A DNA stretch of 64,000 bases from an uncultured Candidatus Saccharibacteria bacterium (GTDB lineage: Bacteria; Patescibacteriota; Minisyncoccia; Minisyncoccales; Staskawiczbacteraceae), in NCBI GenBank assembly GCA_964479955.1, contig CAYZNK010000003.1, forward strand, positions 66,329 through 130,328, written 5' to 3'. The translations under genes were made by a program, and so were the position numbers. Each line of letters starts with the position of its first letter. The first letter of the stretch is position 1. Below are positions 8,756 to 22,378 of this stretch, in pieces. Under the pieces are notes generated by a model. That model worked only from the letters and a program-made list of their open reading frames with translations, made no database searches and was not told where the DNA came from.

Positions 8756-11242
8756 ATGGAAATTAGACTGGATTTGCTTAAAACATTGCTTAAGAGATCT
8801 TGGGTTCCCTTTTGCTTAATTTTAATATTTTTAACGGCGTTTTTTATCCGGGTGTTTTTTTCTTGGGACTCCGTATTTTCAGACCCCATAAAATATTCTG
8901 CTGACGATGGGATATACCATATGCGTCTTGTGGAAAATATGCTTTTGGGAGGGCATTTCCCATTTAGGATTTATTTTGACCCGTTCACCAATTTTCCTTA
9001 TGGAACTTATATCCATTTTACACCATTATATGACTGGCTTCTGGCTTTGATAATTTGGATAATATCTTTTGGAAAACCAACATTGGAAATAATAAACAAA
9101 ATCGCCCCGTTTTATCCTGCCGTAATGGGGGCATTATTAATATTTGTTATTTATTTTATAACCAAAATTCTTTTTAAAAATAGAGGAATTGCTATCTTAG
9201 CTTCGTTTTTATCTGGAATTTCGCCCTCATTCTTATACAGGTCTACATTGGGAAACACCGACCATCATGTTGCAGAAGTTTTGTTTTCAACGCTTTTTAT
9301 AATGTTCTTTATGATGGTTTTGCAAAACAGCAGGAACTCGTTTAGTTCTCTGAAATTTTGGATTTTTGCAGTATTATCCGGTTTTTCTTTGGGGCTTTAT
9401 TTTTTAGCATGGACAGGAGCTATAATGTTTTTGTTTCTAATATTCTGTTTTATTGTGCTGTATTATTTAATAGAATATTTTTTGGGAAATCGGAAAAATT
9501 GGATTTTATATGCGGGAATTATTATTTTTTTGACTTCATTTTTGATGATTTTGCCGTTTTTCGGGCACCCTGACCTTTTTAATACCTATATGTATAATAT
9601 TTTGCACCTGGAATCTTTTTTGCTTGGGATATTGGTTTTTATAATTTTACTTTTATTTGACAGGTTATTTTTAAAAAAGAATATCAGCTCTAAACTAATG
9701 CCGATTTTTTTGGCTTGCACGATTTTTTTGGTATTAAGTTTATTTAAAATATTTTTACCGGATCTGTTTTTTTACTTAATATCCGGAGCAAAAGAAGTTA
9801 ATACTGGAATGGTTGAATATCCCTTGGCCCGCGAATTAGTAGGAGAAATGGCTCCAGTTTCTTTTAACGGGCTTGTTGGAAATTTTTATGCAGTTTTTAT
9901 AGTGTCCTTAATATCACTTGGAATAATTTTTTATAAATTTTTAAAAAATAGAAAACCGGAATATCTTCTGATTATTTTGTGGGCTGTTTTTATGATGTTA
10001 ATGTCTGGCATCATACCGTATTTTGGGCAAGTGAGGTTCTCTTATTATCTATCCCCCATTTTCTCAATTTTGTTTTCGTTTACAGTATTTTCTGCAATAA
10101 TATTTGGATGGGAGGGATTGCAAAAATCAAAAGAATTGGATGAATCAAACACTTTCAAAAAATATATTTTAATCGGTTCAGTTGTCATGATTTTTAATGG
10201 AATTTATTTTTTGTTTTATCCGTTTCCTTTTAACGCCGGAGCTGATTTTCCGAAAAGCTTGCCATACATTATTGGTGATATTTTTTATAACGCAAAAATG
10301 TCTCCAGCAGAAGAGGATAGATACGAAGTTGTAGAATGGCTGAAAAATAATACGCCCGACACAGGAATTGATTATTATGAACTTTATAAAGAGCCTGGGA
10401 TTAATAATGATACTGGAAAAGTTAATGCTTATGCTTATCCGGAATCAGCTTATGGTATTTTGGCGGTTTGGGATTTTGGCCACATGATAACTTATTATGG
10501 CCACAGGATTCCCGTTTCAAACCCTTTTCAACAGGGAATAGGCAGAAAAAACAAAGACGGGTCAATACGCCCCGGATATGCTACATTTTTTCTGGAAAGA
10601 GATGAAAATGCGGCCACAGGTTATCTGGAACAGCTAAAAACAAGATATGTGATTTCAGATAGCGCATCTGTAAATTCTGACGGCGTTTTTCAGCAGATGA
10701 TAAAATGGGCCCAGGATGATTATGACGGATATTTAGAGGAAAATTCAGAAAATTTGGACTTAAATAAATATTACGATTCAATGATCACCAGGCTTCATTT
10801 GTTTGATGGCAGACAAACTGAATTTACCGCAAAAATAAGCGAAGAAGACAGGGATTTTGAAATCAAGCCATTAAGCCGGTTCAGATTGCTTTATGAATCC
10901 GACACAACCGGATTTACTTTGAAAATTGATGCAAAAAATGATGTTAAAAATTTTAAAGTTTTTCAATATGTTAAAGGGGCTGTGATAAAAGGATTTGCGC
11001 CTTTGGGAGCGGAAGTTGAGGTTTCAGTAAAAATAACAACCAATCAGGATAGGGAGTTTACATATAAAAATACCGCTGAGTCAAAAAACGGAAGCTTTAA
11101 AATTACGGTTCCTTATTCAACTGGGTTTCAAAAGAACTCTGAAACAAAAGCTGAAAAATATATGATTAAAATTGGAAACTATACAAAAGAGGTAGAGGTT
11201 TCCGAGCAAGATATTTTAAACGGAAAAATAATAAACATATGA
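8756..11242 (+). CDS. STT3/AglB/PglB-family oligosaccharyltransferase
   Basis: The 828-aa ORF has a ~480-aa polytopic N-terminus and a soluble C-terminal domain. It carries a WDFGH motif (VWDFGHMITYYG) at the position of the catalytic WWDYG motif. The first loop has ADDGIYHMR and YFDPFTNFPYG, resembling the DxD...YH.R and FDP.FN. loop motifs of AglB/STT3. Confidence 0.7.
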   Translation: MEIRLDLLKTLLKRSWVPFCLILIFLTAFFIRVFFSWDSVFSDPIKYSADDGIYHMRLVENMLLGGHFPFRIYFDPFTNFPYGTYIHFTPLYDWLLALIIWIISFGKPTLEIINKIAPFYPAVMGALLIFVIYFITKILFKNRGIAILASFLSGISPSFLYRSTLGNTDHHVAEVLFSTLFIMFFMMVLQNSRNSFSSLKFWIFAVLSGFSLGLYFLAWTGAIMFLFLIFCFIVLYYLIEYFLGNRKNWILYAGIIIFLTSFLMILPFFGHPDLFNTYMYNILHLESFLLGILVFIILLLFDRLFLKKNISSKLMPIFLACTIFLVLSLFKIFLPDLFFYLISGAKEVNTGMVEYPLARELVGEMAPVSFNGLVGNFYAVFIVSLISLGIIFYKFLKNRKPEYLLIILWAVFMMLMSGIIPYFGQVRFSYYLSPIFSILFSFTVFSAIIFGWEGLQKSKELDESNTFKKYILIGSVVMIFNGIYFLFYPFPFNAGADFPKSLPYIIGDIFYNAKMSPAEEDRYEVVEWLKNNTPDTGIDYYELYKEPGINNDTGKVNAYAYPESAYGILAVWDFGHMITYYGHRIPVSNPFQQGIGRKNKDGSIRPGYATFFLERDENAATGYLEQLKTRYVISDSASVNSDGVFQQMIKWAQDDYDGYLEENSENLDLNKYYDSMITRLHLFDGRQTEFTAKISEEDRDFEIKPLSRFRLLYESDTTGFTLKIDAKNDVKNFKVFQYVKGAVIKGFAPLGAEVEVSVKITTNQDREFTYKNTAESKNGSFKITVPYSTGFQKNSETKAEKYMIKIGNYTKEVEVSEQDILNGKIINI

Positions 11243-11922
11243 AGCTTTCTATAATAGTTCCTGCCTATAATGAAGAAAGAACAATCTCTGAAATTTTAAA
11301 AAAAGTTGATGCTGTTTTATTGCCCGGATTTGAAAAAGAAATAATCATTATTGATGATAAATCTTCGGACGGAACATTGGGGGTTTTGGAAAAAATAAAG
11401 AGTATGCATGATTTTATTTTATTGAATCATCCGCGGAACATGGGGAAGGGAGCTGCAATCAGGACAGGAATAAAAAAAGCAACGGGGGATTTTGTTATTA
11501 TTCAAGACGCTGACTTGGAATATGATCCTAATGATTATAAAAAACTTTTAGTTCCGTTTTTGGAACAAGGGGCTGAAGTTGTTTATGGGTCTCGCATTTT
11601 AGGTTCAAAAAAGCGAGGAAAATTAAGTTTTTATTTGGGAGGCAGGTTTATGACTATTGCTACAAATTTAATACATGGAATAAATATTACAGACGAGCCG
11701 ACTTGTTATAAGGTTTTTAAAAGGGATTTGATAAATTCTTTGGATTTGAAAAGCAACGGTTTTGAATTTTGTCCCGAAGTTACAGCAAAAATAGCCAGGC
11801 GAGGAATAAAAATATACGAAGTGCCGATATCTTATTTTCCAAGGGGTAAATCAGAGGGGAAAAAGATAAAATGGAGAGACGGAGTTATAGCCCTGTGGAC
11901 TTTGCTTAAATATAGGTTTTAA
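11239..11922 (+). CDS. GT2 glycosyltransferase, polyprenol-phosphate sugar synthase-like (DPM1/dolichyl-P-glucose synthase type)
   Basis: Motifs are IIVPAYNEE, IIIIDDKSSDGT, RNMGKGAAIRTG and IIQDADLEYDP (DxD). Its start overlaps the OST stop (ATGA), implying translational coupling. Confidence 0.8.
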   Translation: MKLSIIVPAYNEERTISEILKKVDAVLLPGFEKEIIIIDDKSSDGTLGVLEKIKSMHDFILLNHPRNMGKGAAIRTGIKKATGDFVIIQDADLEYDPNDYKKLLVPFLEQGAEVVYGSRILGSKKRGKLSFYLGGRFMTIATNLIHGINITDEPTCYKVFKRDLINSLDLKSNGFEFCPEVTAKIARRGIKIYEVPISYFPRGKSEGKKIKWRDGVIALWTLLKYRF

Positions 11923-11930
11923 AATTATTT

Positions 11931-12713
11931 ATGGACTTTATTTTACTTTTATTGTATTTGTTCATCTCTGTTTTTGGCCTTTGTATCGGGAGTTTTTTAA
12001 ATTGCGTGATTTATAGGCTGGAAACGGAAAGAAGCCTAAAAGGAAGATCTTTTTGCCCTAAATGCAAAAACCAACTGAAATGGATAGACCTTGTCCCTGT
12101 TTTTAGTTTTTTGTTTTTAAAAGGCAGGTGCCGCTATTGTAAAAAAGGTATATCTTGGCAATACCCTGCGATAGAAATATTAACAGGATTGATATTCTTA
12201 CTAATTTTCCTTGCTTGCCGGCAGGCAGGAATTTTAAATTTACTGTTTTGGTTTTACATCTCGTCTGCGGTGATAGTCATTTTTGTTTATGACCTAAAAC
12301 ATTATGAAATTCCAGACAAAATTTTGATGCCGGCAATCTTAATTACCTTAATATACGATATTTTTATTTTGTGCCAGCCGTTTTCTCTGATATGTTCAAT
12401 AAATTATATTTTTGCCGCATTGATTGGTTCTGGTTTTTTTCTTTCCATATTTTTAATTTCAAAAGGATTATGGATGGGGTTTGGGGATGTAAAGTTTGCA
12501 GTTTTAATGGGTTTACTACTGGGATTTCCCAATATCCTGTTGGCTTTGTTTTTATCGTTCTTTTTTGGTGCTATAATAGGAATAATATTAATGGTTTTTA
12601 AAAAGAAAGGAATTAAAAGCGAGATCCCTTTTGCCCCGTTTTTAATAGTGGGAACATTTTTAACCGTTTTTTGGGGGGAGCAAATAATAAGTTGGTATTT
12701 ATCTTTAATTTGA
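11931..12713 (+). CDS. pilD: prepilin peptidase PilD (A24 family)
   Basis: It has an N-terminal zinc motif (CPKCKN...CRYCKK), the catalytic Asp motif GFGDVKFAVLMG and a polytopic membrane profile. Confidence 0.9.
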   Translation: MDFILLLLYLFISVFGLCIGSFLNCVIYRLETERSLKGRSFCPKCKNQLKWIDLVPVFSFLFLKGRCRYCKKGISWQYPAIEILTGLIFLLIFLACRQAGILNLLFWFYISSAVIVIFVYDLKHYEIPDKILMPAILITLIYDIFILCQPFSLICSINYIFAALIGSGFFLSIFLISKGLWMGFGDVKFAVLMGLLLGFPNILLALFLSFFFGAIIGIILMVFKKKGIKSEIPFAPFLIVGTFLTVFWGEQIISWYLSLI

Positions 12714-12720
12714 TTTTAAA

Positions 12721-13338
12721 TTGTTCAAAGATTTTAGATTTAAAATTTTAAATAAAAAACAAGGGATAACACTTGTTGAGATTGCAGTCTCTGTTTTTAT
12801 CATTGCCATATTTTCCCTTATGGTTATTAGCAATTTTCCAAGAATACAAAGACAGTTTGCTCTTTCTCAAGCGACACATAAAATAGCTCAGGATATAAGA
12901 AAAGCGGAAGATTTGGGATTTTCGGGTGCCCAAGTTTCAGAAGATTTTGATGCAAAAGGATATGGTGTCTTTATTACTTTTACAGAAGTGGGTGGTATTT
13001 ATCCTACACATTGGTATATATATGCTGATACTAACGAACCAGCCGATAAGAAATATACTTCGGAAGATTATATTATTGAGAATGTCAGTATTCTTGATTC
13101 TGGAGTCTTTATTAAAAAAGCTTATGATATTGATAACCCCAGTATTAACGTTAGTCATTTGAGCATAAACTTTAATCCTCCTAATCCCGATGTGACAATA
13201 ATGGCCAACTATGAACCTAGCCTAGAAAATTTTATAGTTATTGAGAAGGGTGTAAGAATTGTGATGAGTTTGATACAGGATCCGTCAATGGAAAAAACTG
13301 TTTTTATAAATTCATCCGGCTTAATAGAGGTTGAGTAA
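12721..13338 (+). CDS. minor pilin / pseudopilin
   Basis: It carries the class III signal KKQG/ITLVEIAVSVFIIAIFSL. The start appears to be TTG, with no in-frame ATG before the signal. Confidence 0.6.
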   Translation: MFKDFRFKILNKKQGITLVEIAVSVFIIAIFSLMVISNFPRIQRQFALSQATHKIAQDIRKAEDLGFSGAQVSEDFDAKGYGVFITFTEVGGIYPTHWYIYADTNEPADKKYTSEDYIIENVSILDSGVFIKKAYDIDNPSINVSHLSINFNPPNPDVTIMANYEPSLENFIVIEKGVRIVMSLIQDPSMEKTVFINSSGLIEVE

Positions 13339-13345
13339 AATTTCA

Positions 13346-13924
13346 ATGAAAAATTTATTGTTTTTTAAAAAAAATAAAGGGTTTACAATAATAGAGCTGT
13401 CTGTTGCTATTTTTATTTTATCAATTGCCATAATTGGGGCATATAATGCTTTTACAACAATGGATAAATTAACTTCTAATTCTTCAGACCGGTTTGTAGC
13501 CGCATATTTAGCTCAAGAAGGATTGGAGATAATAAGAAATATAAGAGACAGCAACTGGTTAAGAATGGATACTGATCCTTCAATAACTTGGGTATCAGGG
13601 ATTTCAGACCAAGATACTGATTGCACTATAGGTTGTGAAGTTGATTATAAAACATTAGGTACTGCTGACTCACCGTTATATCCATGGACAGGAAGATATT
13701 TTTATATCAATGAAGAGGGATTTTATACATATAACCAGGAATCTGCAACAAAAACAAAATTCAAGAGAAAAATAACAATCACCCCCTTGGAAACAGCAGA
13801 AGGCGTTTATGATGTAATAAAGATTACAGTTCAAGTTTTTTGGGATGAAAAATCAAATATTTTGCACAATGAAGAAACAGAGGATTATATTACAGCAGAA
13901 GAGTATCTTTATAATTGGTACTAA
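13346..13924 (+). CDS. minor pilin (PilV-like)
   Basis: The signal is KKNKG/FTIIELSVAIFILSIAIIG. I chose the ATG at 13346 within track ORF 13331..13924. Confidence 0.65.
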   Translation: MKNLLFFKKNKGFTIIELSVAIFILSIAIIGAYNAFTTMDKLTSNSSDRFVAAYLAQEGLEIIRNIRDSNWLRMDTDPSITWVSGISDQDTDCTIGCEVDYKTLGTADSPLYPWTGRYFYINEEGFYTYNQESATKTKFKRKITITPLETAEGVYDVIKITVQVFWDEKSNILHNEETEDYITAEEYLYNWY

Positions 13925-14020
13925 GTTAATTTTAAAAATTTTGAGTGTTAAGAAAATATTTTAATAAATTTTTAATTTTCAACCATGGCACACACTGGGG
14001 TTTCAAATTCAGTCCGTCGA

Positions 14021-14681
14021 ATGGCGGAAAAAATTCAAAATTCTAACAGAGGTCTTACAATGGTTGAGCTTATTGTTGTTATAGCTGTTTTTATGTTGGT
14101 TGTTAGTGTGGCTATAGTTATTTTTGTATCCATTATTGATAGCCAGAGAATAATTTTGTCTCGCGAGCGGTTATTGAGCCAAGTTAGCTACGCTACAGAA
14201 TATATGTCAAAAGCCTTAAGAATGGCCTCAAAAGACATAGGCGGAGATTGTCTTGTATATACAGATGTTAATTATAATATTACAGATACGTTTCCGGGAT
14301 ATATCTATTTATATACAAGGCCGAATAGTTGGTATGAGGGGATAAAGTTTATAAATGAATCTAACAATGAAGCATGTCAAGAATTTTATTTAGCCGAAGC
14401 AGGAGGAAACGTACTAAAAGAAAAAAGAATAAATTTCCCGTATGACCAAGTTACTGATGAAAATTCAGTATCCTTAATTTCTGATAAGTTTAGTATCAAT
14501 TATTTAAGGTTTAGCATAAATGGAACAAGCGGATTGGAGGCTGATTTAATATATGGAGCATCAGAGGATGATGACCCTCCGCAGCAGCCAAGAGTTACTA
14601 TTATTATGGGAGTTCAGTCTCCGGAAGACCCATTGCAATCTGAAATAAAAATACAAACCACGATTTCTCAAAGAAATTTAA

Positions 14682-14692
<11 letters not shown>
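14021..14692 (+). CDS. minor pilin (PilW-like)
   Basis: The signal is NSNRG/LTMVELIVVIAVFMLVV. I prefer the ATG at 14021, which gives an 11-aa leader. The alternative start is 13985. Confidence 0.6.
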
Positions 14693-18686
<3,994 letters not shown>

Positions 18687-18805
18687 TTTGTTACTGAATG
18701 AATTACTGAATTTATTCAGTAATTCAAGACGCAATATATTAGAATTAAAAACCAGGTTTGTCGTGCCCGCTTGTTAGCCAAGAATCAGGAATTTGTTTCA
18801 AGGGG

Positions 18806-18834
18806 TTGACAGTTTTTAAAAAAAAGAATAATAT
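18806..18834 (+). promoter_or_regulatory. sigma70-like promoter candidate in the long gap upstream of rpoB
   Basis: TTGACA lies at 18806-18811, followed by a 17-nt spacer and TAATAT at 18829-18834. Confidence 0.4.
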
Positions 18835-19003
18835 AAAATCATATTGGGTCCACTTGATCAATGGACCATTTTAAAAAAATAAGTGGCTACTTTACTCTAA
18901 AAAATGAACGCCCTTGCCCCGTATTTTTTTATGCGCCAAAAATAAAAAAATTAGGGCAAAGGGAGATACCCTAAAACCAGTAGGGTATTTTGTGTTTTTA
19001 ACT

Positions 19004-19100
19004 AAACCAAAAATCAAAAACCAAAAAGCAAAACCACAAACCAAAAATAAAAAAGTTTTTAGTCTAATTTTTTTCTGTATTTTTGGTTTTTGAGTTTTGG
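19004..19100. repeat. class C low-complexity hairpin element (AACCAAAAA arm / TTTTTGGTT arm), copy 1
   Basis: An A/C-rich arm (19004-19055) is complementary to a T/G-rich arm (19080-19100). Positions 19015-19047 are identical to 46860-46892. Confidence 0.7.
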
Positions 19101-19120
19101 ATTTTAATTTATCAAAATCT

Positions 19121-22100
19121 ATGGCTGAGATTATAAAAAAGGTAAAAAATTTCTCAAAATCAAAACTGTCCTATCCCACGCCTCATCTTCTGACTATGCA
19201 GAAAGAAACATGGGAAGACCTTTGGCAGTTTAAAATGAAAGAGCTTTTTGAGGAAATTTCTCCGATAAAAGACTATACCGGGAAAGAATTTGAGCTTTGG
19301 TTTGATGACTACCAGCTTGGCAAGCCAAATTATAAAAACGGCTTGGAGGCGAAAAAGAACAATGATTCTCTTGAGGCTCCGCTGAGGGTAAAAGTCAGAT
19401 TGGTTAACCTTAAAACCAAAGAAATAAAAGAACAGGAAGTTTTTTTGGCTGATTTTCCGATAATGACAGAACGCGGAACTTTTATAGTCAACGGAGTTGA
19501 AAGAGTTGTTGTTTCCCAGCTTATCAGGTCTCCGGGAGCTTTTTTTACATCAAGGTCATGGAGGGGTAGAGATTATTTTGGGGCTAAGATTATTCCAAAC
19601 AGGGGAGCTTGGCTTGAGTTTGAAACAGAAGACTCCGGCTTTATTGGCGTTAAGATAAACAGAAAAAGAAAGGTCCCTGCAACAACCTTGCTTATGGCTT
19701 TAGGTTTGGATAATGTTGAAAAAGTTGAAAAAGCTTTTGCTGATGTGGATACAGGGGAAATCAGATACATAAAGGAAACTTTAAAAAGAGACACCTGTAA
19801 AGACCAAAAAGAGGCATTAGTGGAAGTTTATAGGAGATTGAGGCCGGGAGATTTGGTTACTCCTGACGCCGCTCAAGATTTGATTTTTAATATGTTTTTT
19901 AATTTTAATAGGTATGACTTGTCAAAGGTTGGAAGATGGAAAACATTGCAGAGATTGCCGCAGTTAGCTGAAAAGAAAAAATCAAAAAATAGCGACGAGG
20001 AAATCATAAAAGAACAGAGAACTCTTAAAATAGAAGATATAATAGAGGTTGTAAAAGAAGTTATTAGGTTGAATAACGATCCTTTAGCAAAACCAGATCA
20101 GGTTGATCACCTGGGAAACAGAAGAGTAAGAACATTGTCAGAGCTTATACAAAACAGAATGAGGGTTGGAATGATGAGGATGGAAAGGATTATAAGAGAT
20201 AAAATGTCTACTTTAGAAGAGGATACAATAACTCCTTTGCAGCTTATAAACCCAAGGCCATTGATGGCTGTTATAAAAGAATTTTATACGGCTTCCCAGT
20301 TTTCCCAATTCATGGACAATGAAAATCCGCTTGCCGAATTGGAACACAAAAGAAGGCTTACAACAACAGGCCCAGGAGGACTTACAAGAGAAAGGGCTGG
20401 TTTTGAAGTAAGGGATGTTCAGCCTTCGCACTATGGAAGAATTTGTCCAATAGAAACTCCGGAAGGCCCAAATGTCGGATTGGTGGGGCATTTAGCATCT
20501 TTTGCAAAGGTAAATCGTTATGGATTTATTGAGGCCCCTTATTTTAAAGTTAAAAACGGAAAAATCACAGATGAAGTCTGTTATCTTTCAGCCCAAGAAG
20601 AAGAAAGGCACACAATTGCGCCCGCTTCTGTTGCTTTAGACGAAAAAACAGGTAGAATTTTACCAGAAATTATGCCCGACAAAGTTGAGGCAAGGGTAAA
20701 AGGCGAGCCGGAAGAAGCTGAAATTTCAGAAGTTGACTACATTGATGTTTCTTCAAAACAGTTTATTTCTGTTGCAACGTCTTTGATTCCTTTTTTGCAG
20801 AATGACGACGCATCCAGAGCCTTGATGGGCTCAAACATGCAAAGGCAGGCTGTGCCATTGATAAAGGCAGAGCCTCCGTTAGTTGGCACAGGAACCGAAA
20901 GAACGGTTGCCAGGGATTCCGGGCAGGTTATTTTAGCAAGGGCAAACGGAATTGTAAAAGAATCTGATTCCCAGCATATAAAGGTACAGTATGATATTTC
21001 AGGAAAAAAGGTGGAAGAAAATTATGAGCTTCAGACATTTGTAAGAACAAACCAGTATTCATGTTTTCATCAAAAGCCGATTGTACAAAAAGGAGAAACA
21101 ATCAAAAAGGGAGATGTTTTGGCTGACGGAGCCTCAATTTCACAGGGAAGGCTTGCTTTGGGAAGGAATGTTTTGGTTTGTTTTCTGCCGTTAAGAGGAG
21201 GAGGTTTTGAGGACTCAATGATTATTTCCCAAAAATTGGCAAAGCAAGATGAGTTTACTTCAATTCATATAGAGGATTTTACATGCGACGTCAGAGAGAC
21301 AAAATTGGGAGACGAAGTTACAACTTCAGATATTCCAAATGTTGGAGAAGAAAAACTAAGGGATTTAGATGAGGAAGGTATTGTAAGGGTTGGAGCTGAA
21401 GTGGGACCCAATGACATTTTAGTTGGTAAAATTTCTCCAAAAGGAGAGGCAGAATTAACTCCAGAAGAAAGATTATTAAGGGCCATTTTTGGAGACAAGG
21501 CAAAAGATGTCAAAGATACATCTTTAAGAATGGAGCACGGGAAAAATGGAAAAGTAATCAATGTAAAAATATTTTCAAGGGAATTAGGGCACAAATTGGA
21601 GCCGGGAGTTATAAAGAGAATTCAAGTTGAAGTTGCTGAAACCAGAAAAGCAAAAGTTGGAGATAAGCTTGTTGGAAGGCATGGAAACAAGGGAGTTGTT
21701 TCAAAAATTTTAGCAGAAGAGGAAATGCCGTTTTTAACTGATGGCACTCCGGTTGATTTGGTGATTTCTCCATTGTCTGTTCCCTCCCGTATGAACATAG
21801 GGCAGATTTTGGAAACACATTTGGGATGGGCTGCCCATAAATTGGGGTATCTTGCAATTACGCCTGCTCTGCTGGGAGCAAACCAAAGCGATGTTAAAGA
21901 GGAATTAAGAGAAGCAGGTTTGCCCGAATCGGGCCAGACAACAATTTATGATGGAAGGACCGGTTTGCCGTTTCCAAGGCCAATCACAGTAGGATATATG
22001 TATGTTATGAAGCTTATCCACATGGTTGACGACAAAGTTCACGCAAGGTCAATTGGTCCTTATTCATTAATTACTCAACAGCCATTGGGAGGAAAGGCTC

Positions 22101-22378
22101 AATTTGGAGGACAGAGATTTGGGGAAATGGAAGTCTGGGCGTTAGAAGGTTATGGAGCGGCTCACACTTTGCAGGAAATGCTGACAATAAAATCAGATGA
22201 TGTGCAGGGAAGAGCGGCAACTTATGAGGCAATTTTGAAAGGCGAACCAATTAGGCACCCAAATATTCCCGCATCCTTTAATTTATTGGTGGCCGAATTA
22301 AAATCTTTGGGAATGGCAATTGAAGTAAAAGAAAAGCCACGCGAATTGCGCGAAGACAAAACAGAAGATAAAAAATAA
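19121..22378 (+). CDS. rpoB: DNA-directed RNA polymerase beta subunit
   Basis: Beta-subunit motifs are unmistakable (e.g. GNRRVRT, NMQRQAVP, GRHGNKGVVSKI, GGQRFGEMEVWALE). The start is moved to the ATG at 19121. Confidence 0.97.
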   Translation: MAEIIKKVKNFSKSKLSYPTPHLLTMQKETWEDLWQFKMKELFEEISPIKDYTGKEFELWFDDYQLGKPNYKNGLEAKKNNDSLEAPLRVKVRLVNLKTKEIKEQEVFLADFPIMTERGTFIVNGVERVVVSQLIRSPGAFFTSRSWRGRDYFGAKIIPNRGAWLEFETEDSGFIGVKINRKRKVPATTLLMALGLDNVEKVEKAFADVDTGEIRYIKETLKRDTCKDQKEALVEVYRRLRPGDLVTPDAAQDLIFNMFFNFNRYDLSKVGRWKTLQRLPQLAEKKKSKNSDEEIIKEQRTLKIEDIIEVVKEVIRLNNDPLAKPDQVDHLGNRRVRTLSELIQNRMRVGMMRMERIIRDKMSTLEEDTITPLQLINPRPLMAVIKEFYTASQFSQFMDNENPLAELEHKRRLTTTGPGGLTRERAGFEVRDVQPSHYGRICPIETPEGPNVGLVGHLASFAKVNRYGFIEAPYFKVKNGKITDEVCYLSAQEEERHTIAPASVALDEKTGRILPEIMPDKVEARVKGEPEEAEISEVDYIDVSSKQFISVATSLIPFLQNDDASRALMGSNMQRQAVPLIKAEPPLVGTGTERTVARDSGQVILARANGIVKESDSQHIKVQYDISGKKVEENYELQTFVRTNQYSCFHQKPIVQKGETIKKGDVLADGASISQGRLALGRNVLVCFLPLRGGGFEDSMIISQKLAKQDEFTSIHIEDFTCDVRETKLGDEVTTSDIPNVGEEKLRDLDEEGIVRVGAEVGPNDILVGKISPKGEAELTPEERLLRAIFGDKAKDVKDTSLRMEHGKNGKVINVKIFSRELGHKLEPGVIKRIQVEVAETRKAKVGDKLVGRHGNKGVVSKILAEEEMPFLTDGTPVDLVISPLSVPSRMNIGQILETHLGWAAHKLGYLAITPALLGANQSDVKEELREAGLPESGQTTIYDGRTGLPFPRPITVGYMYVMKLIHMVDDKVHARSIGPYSLITQQPLGGKAQFGGQRFGEMEVWALEGYGAAHTLQEMLTIKSDDVQGRAATYEAILKGEPIRHPNIPASFNLLVAELKSLGMAIEVKEKPRELREDKTEDKK

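Noticed and set aside
12205-12235. GC-rich hairpin-like stretch (TTCCTTGCTTGCCGGCAGGCAGGAATT) inside pilD as another in-frame repeat insertion.
   Set aside because: Pairing is weak (about 5 bp with a wobble). I cannot show it is an insertion without an ortholog alignment.
19097-19120. N-terminal extensions proposed by the ORF track for rpoB (19097), rpoC (22471), ligA (15580), groES (46524), lemA (58212), rpsF (33618), uvrC (43014) and pilin 2 (7472).
   Set aside because: The extensions start at non-ATG codons and run through repeat, hairpin or upstream-gene sequence. Conserved protein N-termini begin at the internal ATGs used in the feature table. The exact starts remain unverified.
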